A stretch of 64,000 nucleotides of DNA from Desulfocapsaceae bacterium. GTDB lineage: Bacteria > Desulfobacterota > Desulfobulbia > Desulfobulbales > Desulfocapsaceae. Below are positions 21,346 through 31,186 of the stretch, piece after piece (position 1 is the first letter of the stretch; the number at the start of each line of letters is the position of its first letter). The notes beneath the pieces are model-generated. The model ran no database searches. It was not told where the DNA came from and saw only the letters and a list, made by a program, of their open reading frames with translations. The position numbers and the translations under genes are program-made. The DNA lies in NCBI GenBank assembly GCA_963675545.2, contig CAXXRX010000001.1, positions 96,326 to 160,325 of the forward strand, in the 5' to 3' direction.

Positions 21346-22521
21346 CTATTTTGCTCCTTTTTCAAAGATTGAAAAATATTTGTCGTCACGTTTGTCGGTT
21401 ATCCACGGAAACCCCGGCTCTTCATCGACGAATTGTGGCCAGTATTTATGGACTTTACCTTGTCCATATGGTTTCTGGTAGGATCTCCAGGTACTGTATC
21501 CCTTTAAGAAGTTGTACTGAGATTTGGCGACTTTCAGGAAATCCGGATTCTTGTCAGCTTCTTGCTCGGCGAGTTTGACCGTGAGTTTTTCGAGTTCTTC
21601 AATCGTTTCGTTTTCAAGTTTGGTTATTTTTGTGCCGGCTTTCTCGAAGATGTTGATTGCATCGATGTTCGAGTATTCCCATTTTGCATAAGAAACGATG
21701 TACGATACCTTGGTGGCATACTCAAGGAGCGGTTTTAATTCTTCAGGCAGCTTTTCATAGCTGTCTTTATTGACGGCAAGCAGTGTTATCATCGAGGTCT
21801 GCCACCAGGCCGGAACAATCAGATACTCAGCTACTTCGTGAAGCGAGATGGAGACATCTCCTGAAGGAAACGAGAATTCGGCGGCATCGACGACACCCCT
21901 GTCCATTGCCAGGTAGATTTCGTCCGGGCTGATAGCCATTGTGGTTGCCCCGAGCATGGTGAGAATATCCTCGCTGAATCCTGGGCACCTGATTTTCAGA
22001 CCTTTGAAGTCCTCAGGCTTGGTTACTTTGACATTTGACCAGAGACCGCCTTCTATACTGCCTCCTCCTGCAGCAAATGGTTTGAGGTTGTACTTGCCGT
22101 ACATTTCATCGGCAAGCTGCCGGCCACCGCCATAGTAGTACCAAATGGCAAAATCTTCAGGGGTGTAAGAATTGGGGAATGAGCCAAAGAGCACGAGTGC
22201 GCTGTTCAAGCCCTTTAGAAAACCAGGCCAGCCGATAGCGGCATCGAGCGCACCGGTCCGTGCAGCTTCAAATGTTTCAGCCATCGGGAACAATTCAGAA
22301 CCATAGTGATAGTCGATTTCAAGACGATAATCAGGGGTTTGGACGATGTCATTAATGGTTCGTGCGAGAATCTCCCCACTCCAGGAAAGAGCAATTCCAG
22401 CAGCAAAAGTGTCCTGTACCCTCCATTTAATGACTTTCTGCTTGGCCGCGGCAGGAAAAGGGGAGACCAATCCAATGCAAATCAGTGAAGCAGTTAACAT
22501 TAAAAGACATGTTTTCTTCAT
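21346..22521 (-). CDS. dctP: TRAP transporter solute-binding protein (DctP-type, FcbT1-like)
   Basis: Signal peptide, then 'IKWRVQDTF', and about 390 aa. Same strand as dctQM. Confidence 0.85.
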   Translation of the reverse strand: MKKTCLLMLTASLICIGLVSPFPAAAKQKVIKWRVQDTFAAGIALSWSGEILARTINDIVQTPDYRLEIDYHYGSELFPMAETFEAARTGALDAAIGWPGFLKGLNSALVLFGSFPNSYTPEDFAIWYYYGGGRQLADEMYGKYNLKPFAAGGGSIEGGLWSNVKVTKPEDFKGLKIRCPGFSEDILTMLGATTMAISPDEIYLAMDRGVVDAAEFSFPSGDVSISLHEVAEYLIVPAWWQTSMITLLAVNKDSYEKLPEELKPLLEYATKVSYIVSYAKWEYSNIDAINIFEKAGTKITKLENETIEELEKLTVKLAEQEADKNPDFLKVAKSQYNFLKGYSTWRSYQKPYGQGKVHKYWPQFVDEEPGFPWITDKRDDKYFSIFEKGAK

Positions 22522-22685
22522 TACTCTATCCTCCTGTTATGTTGGTGTGTTGGTAAAACATCCTTTATTGGAAAGGATCATGAACAATCAAGGATTTGAT
22601 AATGCTCTTTATGTCGATTGTGTTGTTATCAGTTCAACAGTGTATTGTTCTTTTGATTAGTCGGCTGTTTTATATGTTTATCTGT

Positions 22686-23393
22686 TCAATCTGAAGTGGG
22701 TGAACCCTGAGCTTCAATCATTTTGATTGAAACAAGCATGTGGTCCCGCATGGCCTTACGTGCGCCATTTTCATCCCTTTTTGATATTGTTTCTATTAAT
22801 TCCAAATGTTCTTTGACCGCTGTTTTATTGCGGCCCTTTGTTTTGATTGCTGCTTTCCATCCGTGAAATGAAATACGGGCCAGGGAATTAAAAAGCATTA
22901 ATAGTGTTTCATTTCTGGCTGCTTCGGCTATCAGGCAATGGAAATTTATATCGGTCTGAATTCTGTCAGCAAGCTGCTCATCTGTAAAGCTAGCCTGGAT
23001 TTTGATATTTTCTCGGAGTAATTCGATATCGTGTGGTGTCGAGCGACGTGCGGCTAAAGCTGCAATTTCAGGTTCCAGGATCAACCGTGCTTCAAAATGT
23101 TTGTGAATTTTGTCTCTGTAATCAGATACCCAAACTGGCAGAGGTGTGAAAAGGTCTCCGGTAAGGTCTTTCACATAGGTACCTTTGCCGGATTTCACCT
23201 CGACAAGACCCATGATCTCAAGTATACGCAGGGCCTCACGAATAGACGATCGGCTTATTTGTAATCGTTTTCCGAGTTCACGTTCGGAAGGAAGTTTGGA
23301 GCCCGGTTGAAGCTCGTGATGAATGATGAACTCTTTGATTTGATTTATGGCAGACTCTGAAAGGCGTGTCCTGGAAATCGGTGTAAAATCCAT
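22686..23393 (-). CDS. GntR-family transcriptional regulator (FadR/FCD type)
   Basis: 'LPSERELGKRLQISRSSIREALRILEIMGLVEVKSGKGTYV' HTH followed by a helical FCD-like domain. Confidence 0.85.
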   Translation of the reverse strand: MDFTPISRTRLSESAINQIKEFIIHHELQPGSKLPSERELGKRLQISRSSIREALRILEIMGLVEVKSGKGTYVKDLTGDLFTPLPVWVSDYRDKIHKHFEARLILEPEIAALAARRSTPHDIELLRENIKIQASFTDEQLADRIQTDINFHCLIAEAARNETLLMLFNSLARISFHGWKAAIKTKGRNKTAVKEHLELIETISKRDENGARKAMRDHMLVSIKMIEAQGSPTSD

Positions 23394-23430
23394 AGTAAAT
23401 AATCCTAAACAATATTTGGGCCAGCTAGTA

Positions 23431-23453
23431 TGCGGTCTACTGGTCAGACCGCA
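23431..23453. promoter_or_regulatory. candidate GntR/FadR-type operator palindrome
   Basis: tgcggtct-actggtc-agaccgca is an 8-bp perfect inverted repeat. The core TGGTCAGACC fits the FadR-subfamily t.GT-N3-AC.a pattern. It lies 38 bp upstream of the GntR start, in the divergent intergenic region. Confidence 0.3.
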
Positions 23454-23986
23454 CTTAAAAATAGACTACCTAGTGTACTATGTCAATTACTTTTTATGGG
23501 TGATAATGTAAAATTTTTGGTGATCTTTTATAGCGTTTCTCGGCTTGTCATACGTTAAATCTATGAGAAACTCTGACCATGCTTATCGAGTTTTCTCCAT
23601 AACGTGATTCTGTTGATTCCCGGTTTTTTACCTCTCGTGGTTTGTTGTTGCCGGGAAGAATTTTAACTGTGGGTCAGACGCTCGTCATGAGGCATTCGCC
23701 TTCCTTGAAAGCGCCTTGTTATTGAATAGTTATTTACCCTTAAATGTATGGCGATGCCATTACCTCAGGCCACCACTTGTGGTTTTACCTGAGCTGTCAG
23801 GAATATAGCGTACAAGGAGATGAGCTTGAGATTGGTGTTGAAAGTGATATCTTGATTAATGATTAATGTACACTCAAGCACTGCTAACAAGGTCGGACCT
23901 TTGAAAGTTTTTGTGATGGATATTTTGAAGAATGGTGTGATACATGTACTGGTTCGTAAACAATTCTCAGACGAGGTGAGCAGATC

Positions 23987-25057
23987 ATGAACTACAAAAT
24001 CGCATTGATTCCCGGTGACGGAATCGGAAAAGAGGTTGTGCCTGAAGGTGTCAGGGTACTTGATGTCCTGGCTGCGGAGTTTGGTTTTACCGTTTCTTAT
24101 GATGAATTTCCGTTTTCCTGTGAATACTTTCTTGAACACGGCGCAATGATGCCGGTAGACGGTATTGATCAGCTTGAGCAGTTTGACGCTATCCTCCTTG
24201 GTGCCGTGGGGAATCCCTCTGTGCCGGATCACGTGTCGCTCTGGGGACTCCTTTTGCCGATTCGTCGCCGTTTTGATCAATATGTAAACCTGAGGCCGGT
24301 GAGACTTCTGAAAGGGATTTCTTCGCCACTTGCCGGCAGGGATAGTTCTGATATCGACTTCATGATTGTCAGGGAAAACACGGAAGGAGAATATTCGGAA
24401 ATAGGCGGGCGCCTCTTTGCCGGAAGTGAGCGGGAGGTCGTTGTCCAGGAGTCCGTTTTCACCAGGGCGGGGGTCGACCGCATACTTCAGTTTGCCTGTG
24501 AACTTGCCCGGAAAAGAGCCGCCAAACACATTACTTCTGCAACGAAATCAAACGGCATTCGCTTCACCATGCCATTCTGGGATGAGCGCTTCAAAGCAAT
24601 TACCGCCGGGTTTCCCGAGCTGCGCTGTGACCAGTTTCATATTGACATACTGACTGCCCATTTCGTCCAGCACCCCGACTGGTTCGATGTTGTCGTCGGC
24701 AGCAATCTTTTCGGCGACATACTCTCGGATCTGGGCCCAGCCATCGCCGGGGGGATCGGTATCGCACCATCGGCCAATATCAATGTGCCAAAACACTATC
24801 CGTCAATGTTTGAACCGGTTCATGGTTCAGCCCCGGACATTGCCGGCAAAGGTATTGCAAATCCGATAGCGACGTTATGGTCCGTGCAGATGATGCTCGA
24901 TTTTCTCGGTGAGGAGCAGGCTGGCAATGCACTGATGGCAGCTGTAGAGGCGACTACTTCAACTGGCCGTGTTACTGCTGATCTTGGTGGAAATGAAACT
25001 ACGGTTTCCTTCACTGATCATGTGATAGCTGCTTTAAAGGATGCTTTTCGTTCTTAA
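23987..25057 (+). CDS. tartrate dehydrogenase / D-malate dehydrogenase (decarboxylating), isopropylmalate-dehydrogenase family (DmlA/TtuC-like)
   Basis: 'IALIPGDGIGKEV', 'YVNLRPVR', 'VRENTEGEYS', 'NLFGDILSDLG' and 'FEPVHGSAPDIAGKGIANP' are collinear with E. coli YeaU/DmlA as I recall it. Confidence 0.8.
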   Translation: MNYKIALIPGDGIGKEVVPEGVRVLDVLAAEFGFTVSYDEFPFSCEYFLEHGAMMPVDGIDQLEQFDAILLGAVGNPSVPDHVSLWGLLLPIRRRFDQYVNLRPVRLLKGISSPLAGRDSSDIDFMIVRENTEGEYSEIGGRLFAGSEREVVVQESVFTRAGVDRILQFACELARKRAAKHITSATKSNGIRFTMPFWDERFKAITAGFPELRCDQFHIDILTAHFVQHPDWFDVVVGSNLFGDILSDLGPAIAGGIGIAPSANINVPKHYPSMFEPVHGSAPDIAGKGIANPIATLWSVQMMLDFLGEEQAGNALMAAVEATTSTGRVTADLGGNETTVSFTDHVIAALKDAFRS

Positions 25058-25380
25058 ACGCTGTTCATGGCATCGGTTGCCGGAACGTTGGTCGGCATGG
25101 GGGCATACCAACCGGATCCGCCTGAATTTTCTAGGTTGCGCTGCTTGTAACGTCCCTGGTTAAATTGAGTATTCCCATCCCCGCAATACACCTTTTTGCC
25201 TTTTATTCTGCAATCCTGTCAGGTCTAAAACCCTGCCCTGGTTATCATTGCCGAATAGGCAGCCATGCAATTTTCCGGACTTAGTTGTGGAAAATGCCCC
25301 TGGTCATAATATTGTTTCATCTCATCGACAAGAACCCCATCGAGATAGCGCATCTCCGGCTGACCGAAGGTCAGATACCA

Positions 25381-25560
25381 ATGAAACTATTCAATCAATT
25401 TCGGTACCTCAAGAAGAAGCCATACTGGGGAAACCATTTTTGGGCAAAAGGGTATTATGTCGACAAAGTCGGTCTTGATGCGGACATGATACGTAGGTAT
25501 GTCCGCTATCAGGAGAAGCAGGAAAGGCAGGTCGAACAATTACAATTGTTTGATCAGTAA
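25381..25560 (+). pseudogene. C-terminal relic of an IS200/IS605-type Y1 transposase (TnpA)
   Basis: 'YLKKKPYWGNHFWAKGYYVDKVGLDADMIRRYVRYQEKQE' matches the conserved TnpA C-terminus ('..RYWG.HFWARGYF..TVG.......YI..Q'). The N-terminal HUH/Tyr catalytic part is missing. Confidence 0.6.
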
Positions 25561-25954
25561 TTACTAGGCGGCAAGACTCATGAGCCCCCTCCTTTAGGGG
25601 ACAGGGCCTTGTTCCCCCCCCTATGGATGTGGATATTTACTTAATAACTATTCTCTATGTATACTATGTATTGGTTTGGGTTGATAGAATAGGTTTATCT
25701 ATAGTTGTGTTCCAGCAAGCCATCCAGCATATCTCGGAAAATGCTGCAATTATAGATAAACCGTGAAGAACTGAACTGCTCTGCTCTTTATAAACCCGGT
25801 ATGTAAGATTTTGTTGACAATCAGGCAGTTGAGGCGTTAGATCGAGCCTCGATCTCTACAACTTACCATTGATGCCTCCTATTTCTCAGGTATGCATGAT
25901 TTCAAGACGTGATTCTATTTCCTTCTGTATTGCTCGTGTGCTTAGGAGGGGGCA

Positions 25955-26695
25955 GTGAACGATATTGATTATCTTTTCATATTGTTCGCTTACATTATCG
26001 CTGGCATCATTAAAGGCGTGACTGGTGTCGGATTTTCAACCTCTTGTCTGCCGATAATGGTACTTCGTATTGATCTAAAACTGGCAATCCCTCTTGTTAT
26101 CATTCCATCAATTGTCAGCAACGTTGTTATCATGGCACAAGCCGGACGATTTATAGATGTGATCCGCAGGTTTTGGCCTCTTTATGTGTCAAGCATCCCC
26201 GGTCTTCTGGTTGGCCTGGCAATTCTCGTATCCATCAATGTTGATACGGCGAGAATTTTTCTCGGCATCGTTCTGATCCTTTATTCCCTCTGGGCGCTTG
26301 CAAACAGGACACTTAAGGTTTCAGAGGCCTGGGAACGAGCACTGAATTTGCCAGCCGGCTTTCTTACCGGATTCGTCAATGGCTTGACGGGGTCCCAGGT
26401 AATGCCGGTACTCCCTTACCTTTTATCACTCAATCTGAATAAAAATATCTTCATTCAGGCGATAAATATTTCTTTTACCTTGTCGAGTATAATCATGCTG
26501 TTTGGTATGCAGCAAAGAGGCTATCTGCTTCCTGGCAACCTCCTCGTAGCTGTTGCCGGGGCGTTGCCTGTGGTGGCGATCGTATATGTCTGTGGCAAGG
26601 TAAGAAATCGCATCTCGACGATGTTTTATCGCCGAATAGTCTTGATTTTTTTGCTAACTTTGGGGGTTGTCTTGCTTGTAAAATCGATACTATGA
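25955..26695 (+). CDS. TauE/SafE-family sulfite/anion exporter membrane protein
   Basis: 246 aa, about 8 TM, internally duplicated Gly-rich helices ('GIIKGVTGVGFS', 'GFVNGLTGSQ'). GTG start. Confidence 0.75.
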   Translation: MNDIDYLFILFAYIIAGIIKGVTGVGFSTSCLPIMVLRIDLKLAIPLVIIPSIVSNVVIMAQAGRFIDVIRRFWPLYVSSIPGLLVGLAILVSINVDTARIFLGIVLILYSLWALANRTLKVSEAWERALNLPAGFLTGFVNGLTGSQVMPVLPYLLSLNLNKNIFIQAINISFTLSSIIMLFGMQQRGYLLPGNLLVAVAGALPVVAIVYVCGKVRNRISTMFYRRIVLIFLLTLGVVLLVKSIL

Positions 26696-26780
26696 TTATC
26701 ATTGAGAAACAGGAATAGTATTAACGAACGAGAAAAGTGCAGAACTAAATTCTTAGAATTGGCAGTGTTAACGCTGCGGA

Positions 26781-27824
26781 TCATGGATTAAGGTTAATCT
26801 TTTGGAAGATATCGATCAGTCCATCAATGCTGTAAACCGTGTGCCCTGCCAGCTGTATCGCCTTGTTATCTTTTGCAATCAGGTGAACGACGGTTGTCAT
26901 GGTATATTTTTCCCGATACTGCCATAGGATTTGAATCTGATAGGCATCGAATTCCTTATAAGTTGATATCGGATTCTGTGAGACAATTTTTATATCATTG
27001 CCCATGTTTTTCTTCAGCCCATAGGCATATGCTTCCGCCAATCTCTTTAACTGCATGTTAATATCTTCACCGACCTGAAGCCATGAAATCAATATCGCCA
27101 TCGACAGCGCCGCATGGGGAACACTGGCATTAAAAATCTGGTTGGATTGAAGCACTTGGTTTTGAAACGCTATAGGATAGTTTAACGTAAAGGCAGGAGA
27201 ATCCGTTCGAACAAACTTACCGTCTTTAGCATAGCCTCTTGCCTTCAAAGCCGCCTCATCCACTTCGACATCAAGCCTCAAGGATTTCACCATAGCTGTT
27301 AGATGTTCCATGGATTCATCCTGGTTGTCCGCAGCACCAAAGACAATTAGGCGGTCGTTCTTTTGCGCTGCGACAATAGCGGATATCAACTCTGACCCTC
27401 TGATATTCATTTTTGTTTCAAAATAATTGGCCTTGCTACCATCTTTCAGCTCGATTAACTGTTGATTGCTGACGTTATGAATCAGGCAGTCGGGTATCAT
27501 CTTTGGCAACGCATCTGAAACATGGGCCGCCGTATCCTCCAAAGCTATACCCGATGGATAAGGCCCTGCAGTTAACCCCAAAGATGGCATGCCCTCTTCG
27601 GATGCCCGCCTGAAAACAAATGAACCGATTGGTCCCATTTCCTTGGTTAGTTTGTCAGCGTCATAATCAATGGAAAAACCGATTACTTTGTCCTCATAGT
27701 GCTCCAATTTGGGCACTGAAACCGACTTTTCCGCTTGCCCGGCTATTGGAGCAGACGCAAAGAATAAAGAAGCTGTGAATACACGAAATACAATCCAGGT
27801 TGCTCTTTTTATATCGTTTTTCAT
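26781..27824 (-). CDS. hypothetical secreted protein
   Basis: N-terminal signal peptide (WIVFRVFTASLFFASAPIAGQA); 347 aa; no family recognised. Confidence 0.6.
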   Translation of the reverse strand: MKNDIKRATWIVFRVFTASLFFASAPIAGQAEKSVSVPKLEHYEDKVIGFSIDYDADKLTKEMGPIGSFVFRRASEEGMPSLGLTAGPYPSGIALEDTAAHVSDALPKMIPDCLIHNVSNQQLIELKDGSKANYFETKMNIRGSELISAIVAAQKNDRLIVFGAADNQDESMEHLTAMVKSLRLDVEVDEAALKARGYAKDGKFVRTDSPAFTLNYPIAFQNQVLQSNQIFNASVPHAALSMAILISWLQVGEDINMQLKRLAEAYAYGLKKNMGNDIKIVSQNPISTYKEFDAYQIQILWQYREKYTMTTVVHLIAKDNKAIQLAGHTVYSIDGLIDIFQKINLNP

Positions 27825-28207
27825 AACGTCTCCTTTTTCAGCCTAACAAGAAATTATGAATAAACTGTAGAACACGCTTTTAAAAGGTTCTACAGAAAAA
27901 AAGGCTACTCGGCAATAATCAGAGTATTACGGCAGTATCGTGCGGGCACAGATTCAATATTAGTTCAGGCAAGGCTAAGCTCTTTTCAGTCTGACGGGGT
28001 GAAGGTGCTTCCTGTCCATCGCCGATTTCTGCCAATGGTGGTCGGCGACCGGTTCCTAATGCCCTCCATCCTGGAGAGAAACAGGAAGAACCTATAATCT
28101 CCCTTTTCCTTTAAAATCAGAATACTTGTAGGGGCAATCTCAATCGATCGTATCGTTAATTACAGCAGATCGTTTGTAGCTGTCATACCCATGATTGTGC
28201 TGATACT

Positions 28208-29482
28208 CTATATAATCACATAAGGGCGGGTTGCCTGCCATTTTTTTAATCGGTTAGACAGCCAACCTTCCAACTCTTGTGCTAAGTAAAAATGCGGATA
28301 AAGTAAGTTTGTTTGAGGGGTTATGACTCCTTGATTTATTGCAGTTTTAGCCAATGCGGTGTCCGGGTATATACGAATACCAGCGGTAACTCGCAAAGTG
28401 TCAAGTTTTAAAGAATCTGCAAAAACAAGGCTTTCTTCTACGGATTGCTTTGTCTCCCCAGGGCCTCCTAACAACAAGAATCCCATCCGTTTAATTCCAT
28501 GTTCTGCAAATATTTCAGAACTTACACGAACATCATTCAAGGTAAACTGTTTGTTGAGATTCCTAAGCATCTGTTTCGAACCGCTTTCAAATCCAAAGCT
28601 TATGTGCTTACAGCCAGCAGCGGCTATCAATTCGACCAATTCCCTATCAACTTTATGGGGATAAATGATACACTGCCAGTTGATCGTCAGATTTCTCTCC
28701 AGGATATGCTGGCATATTGATTTCGCATAGTCTGGTGGTAGATTGAACGTGTTGTCCACAAAGAAAAAACTCGAGTATCCGGCTTTTACCCAACTTTCAA
28801 GCCAAGCTGAGATGATCTCGGGCGATCTTTTTCGCAGGTCCAGCCCTTCGATGGTGGCGGTTGAACAGTAGCTACATTTGAGAGCGCATCCACGCCTCGT
28901 CTGCACCGGAATCCAGGATTCGTCACGTTGTGATGCAGATCCAGAAAGAATGCTGGTTTCCGGCAAGGGAAATTTATCAAGATTCTTGCACAAGATTTTT
29001 GGCTCAGATGAGCCTTTACCTCTTACATGGAGGCCTGGAATACTGGAAGGGCCTTCATTGTTTTGCAAATGGTCTAACAAATCAAGAAAGGCAACTTCCC
29101 CTTCACCAGCAATTCCATAATCTGCATCAAGATAAGCCAGAGCACTCTCAGGAAACATGCTATATCCAGCGCCTCCAAGGATTATCGGTGAATTTGAAAA
29201 TTTTCGGCAAACGGCCATAACCCGCTTAACCTTTTCTATTAAAAACTGTGGTTTCTCAAGGTTCTGATCATCAATATTTCGTACCGAAATCCCGATGCAT
29301 TCAGGCTGGGTTTTTAAAAGCATGTTTTCAAGTGTAGTGCTGACATCCGTTCGGAACATTAAATCCAGCATAGTGACATCGTGTCCTGCCATTTTGCTAG
29401 CTTCAGCCACGCACGCTAGTCCTAAAGGCAAGGCTGGCATATTGAACTGTTCAGTATTAGCTGAAATGAGCAGGACTCTCAT
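28208..29482 (-). CDS. B12-binding-domain radical SAM protein (class B)
   Basis: N-terminal Rossmann-like cobalamin-binding region (MRVLLISAN...GHDVTMLD) plus the radical SAM cluster 'RRGCALKCSYCS' (CxxxCxxC). No SPASM-type Cys cluster seen. Confidence 0.85.
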   Translation of the reverse strand: MRVLLISANTEQFNMPALPLGLACVAEASKMAGHDVTMLDLMFRTDVSTTLENMLLKTQPECIGISVRNIDDQNLEKPQFLIEKVKRVMAVCRKFSNSPIILGGAGYSMFPESALAYLDADYGIAGEGEVAFLDLLDHLQNNEGPSSIPGLHVRGKGSSEPKILCKNLDKFPLPETSILSGSASQRDESWIPVQTRRGCALKCSYCSTATIEGLDLRKRSPEIISAWLESWVKAGYSSFFFVDNTFNLPPDYAKSICQHILERNLTINWQCIIYPHKVDRELVELIAAAGCKHISFGFESGSKQMLRNLNKQFTLNDVRVSSEIFAEHGIKRMGFLLLGGPGETKQSVEESLVFADSLKLDTLRVTAGIRIYPDTALAKTAINQGVITPQTNLLYPHFYLAQELEGWLSNRLKKWQATRPYVII

Positions 29483-30021
29483 ATCTTTTATTTCACCTCA
29501 CGCATTCTTACACCTGCTGTGGTCGGAACATGAAGAAGGTTGTTCTTTTTACTGGAGATTAGAGTTTCAGCCATATTGATCGGAGCCCGATAAGGTTTCT
29601 GATTTGGCGTATAAAAATTATCATAAAAACGACAAGAAGTTATCGACATAATTAACAATCGGCGGCAGCCGCTCTAGGAGAGTAAACTCATTACTTTCTG
29701 GAGGCCGCCATGGGAAACAAGTGATACTCCACTATCCCCGGAACCCTGCTTGAATGTATCACATTTCTCGCCGGGGCTCTATCGAATCCTATTTTACCGA
29801 CCTTTATTAAGTTGTTAGTCGGCAGCATGATCAATCAGCGATATCTAGACTGAATTTCAGACTACAAGAAACAGGAATAAGTTGAATTTGCGTGTTTTCT
29901 TAAACAGTTAACCTTGCCAAGACGAGCCTCTTGAGTTTTGATGAAGCGGTTCCCGGCAACTTCTCGGGAAGAATTATTAACCCATTCACAAATGTAGCGC
30001 CGCATTCAGTTATCAGATAAT

Positions 30022-30549
30022 TTAATCGTCACATAGCAAGTCATTATTTGGTGTGAATTTACAATGTATTCCGTCAGTTGCTTCAAATGATAATCGGAAT
30101 TCAAGTGACTCTTTTTCATAATTAAACTGATGTGTTGATATAATACCCATTGCTGTAGGAGGGATAGAGGAAATATACTTTGGAACAAGTTCTTCAAGTA
30201 TCATTGGGTAATTCATATTATTAGAATAATGTTTATTTAGAGCTGTTATAATAAGATTTGCTCGAAGAAGTGTTTCGTCCATTTTCTTGTTAAATAACCG
30301 TTCACTAGTCATAGTTGCTGCTATAGGAACTAGGCAAAATAAAAAACAGATAATTGTGCCAGGAAATTCTCGTTTCGCCAACATTTTGAACCCCAAAACG
30401 AGTCCTGCAACAAAAATCAATATCGAAACAAGCCCCCTTAGCATGAGTGGCAAGAAGAAGGAAAAACTTTCTAACCTCCAAATAATGAGTATTACGTATA
30501 GGGCTAAAGCAAGAGCGCATATCATTACAAAATTCAGATTACGAACCAT
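30022..30549 (-). CDS. hypothetical membrane protein in AT-rich islet
   Basis: 175 aa with 3-4 TM segments then a soluble tail. A long ORF in an AT-rich (stop-rich) context. Confidence 0.5.
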   Translation of the reverse strand: MVRNLNFVMICALALALYVILIIWRLESFSFFLPLMLRGLVSILIFVAGLVLGFKMLAKREFPGTIICFLFCLVPIAATMTSERLFNKKMDETLLRANLIITALNKHYSNNMNYPMILEELVPKYISSIPPTAMGIISTHQFNYEKESLEFRLSFEATDGIHCKFTPNNDLLCDD

Positions 30550-30838
30550 ATATCAGCTAATCTCCAATCAATAAGTGAGGTTTTGATACTTAAAATCTCA
30601 GTGGTATGGATCTCATGTGACGAAGGAAGTGTTTAGAAAACTAGGGGCGATTCAAAGTTCCAAGCTTTGATACCGAGTCGCTCTTCCTATTCATTTTCAA
30701 TGTGTTACAGAGGGAGAATCTTTAATTCATCTTCACCTTCTTTGATGCGTTAATGACTGTAAAGCTATCATTTATGTGGCTACAAAAAATATCAATATAC
30801 ATTTGACTCACTAGTTTATTCAAAACTATAATTGTCTA

Positions 30839-31186
30839 ATGGAGAATAAACTCAAAACAAGTAAACTGGCAATATTGAGCGGATTTTGTGCCGCAATAGT
30901 AGCCTTTATTTTTTTTATAATATTTCCATATATTGCCTATTGGGACGACGTTGATAAAAGCGGACCGGGCACACCTTATGACTCACTTTTGGGGTTATTT
31001 ATGTCGAGCGTATTTGTGCTTTGGATTGTTATTCTTCTGGGAGTTCCTTTAAGTCTTTTAGCACTTCTGAGAATTAAGAAAAATAGGGACAAACTAAGAG
31101 GAAATAGGATTGCATCTATTTCATTAGTGGTATGCACGCTTCCTATTATCTTATACATGACCTTAGCGCTAATTAGTCAATTTTGA
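30839..31186 (+). CDS. hypothetical small membrane protein in AT-rich islet
   Basis: 115 aa with 3 TM segments. An ORF in an AT-rich context. Confidence 0.45.
   Translation: MENKLKTSKLAILSGFCAAIVAFIFFIIFPYIAYWDDVDKSGPGTPYDSLLGLFMSSVFVLWIVILLGVPLSLLALLRIKKNRDKLRGNRIASISLVVCTLPIILYMTLALISQF

Noticed and set aside
23765-24529. A 254-aa minus-strand ORF overlapping the start of the dehydrogenase gene.
   Set aside because: The plus-strand frame has unmistakable isopropylmalate/tartrate dehydrogenase motifs. The antisense translation has no recognisable features.
25227-25380. A minus-strand open frame ('FHWYLTFGQPEMRYLDGVLVDEMKQYYDQGHFPQLSPENC...') adjacent to the transposase relic.
   Set aside because: It runs about 47 codons with no usable start or recognisable family. 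It might be another gene fragment, but I cannot support a call.
25692-25762. A 12-bp perfect inverted repeat, ggtttatctata (25692-25703) and tatagataaacc (25751-25762), with a 47-nt spacer. There is also an 8-bp palindrome, agatcgag-c-ctcgatct, near 25838-25854, upstream of the TauE-like gene.
   Set aside because: These are real in the sequence, but they sit in AT-rich non-coding DNA with no supporting context such as a regulator or IS ends. The functional meaning is unclear.
27865-27895. A 9-bp inverted repeat, ctgtagaac...gttctacag, between the rSAM gene and the downstream secreted-protein gene.
   Set aside because: It could be a weak terminator for the rSAM transcript, since it is followed by a U-rich stretch on the minus strand. 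The stem is short and AT-rich, however, and it sits in the next gene's leader, so the evidence is insufficient.
27960-28110. A possible cobalamin riboswitch near the B12-binding rSAM gene (fragments such as 'ggtgaag' and 'gccaatggt').
   Set aside because: I could not assemble the B12-box or the conserved core in either orientation. The element would also lie downstream of the rSAM gene, not upstream. An Infernal scan would be needed to revisit this.
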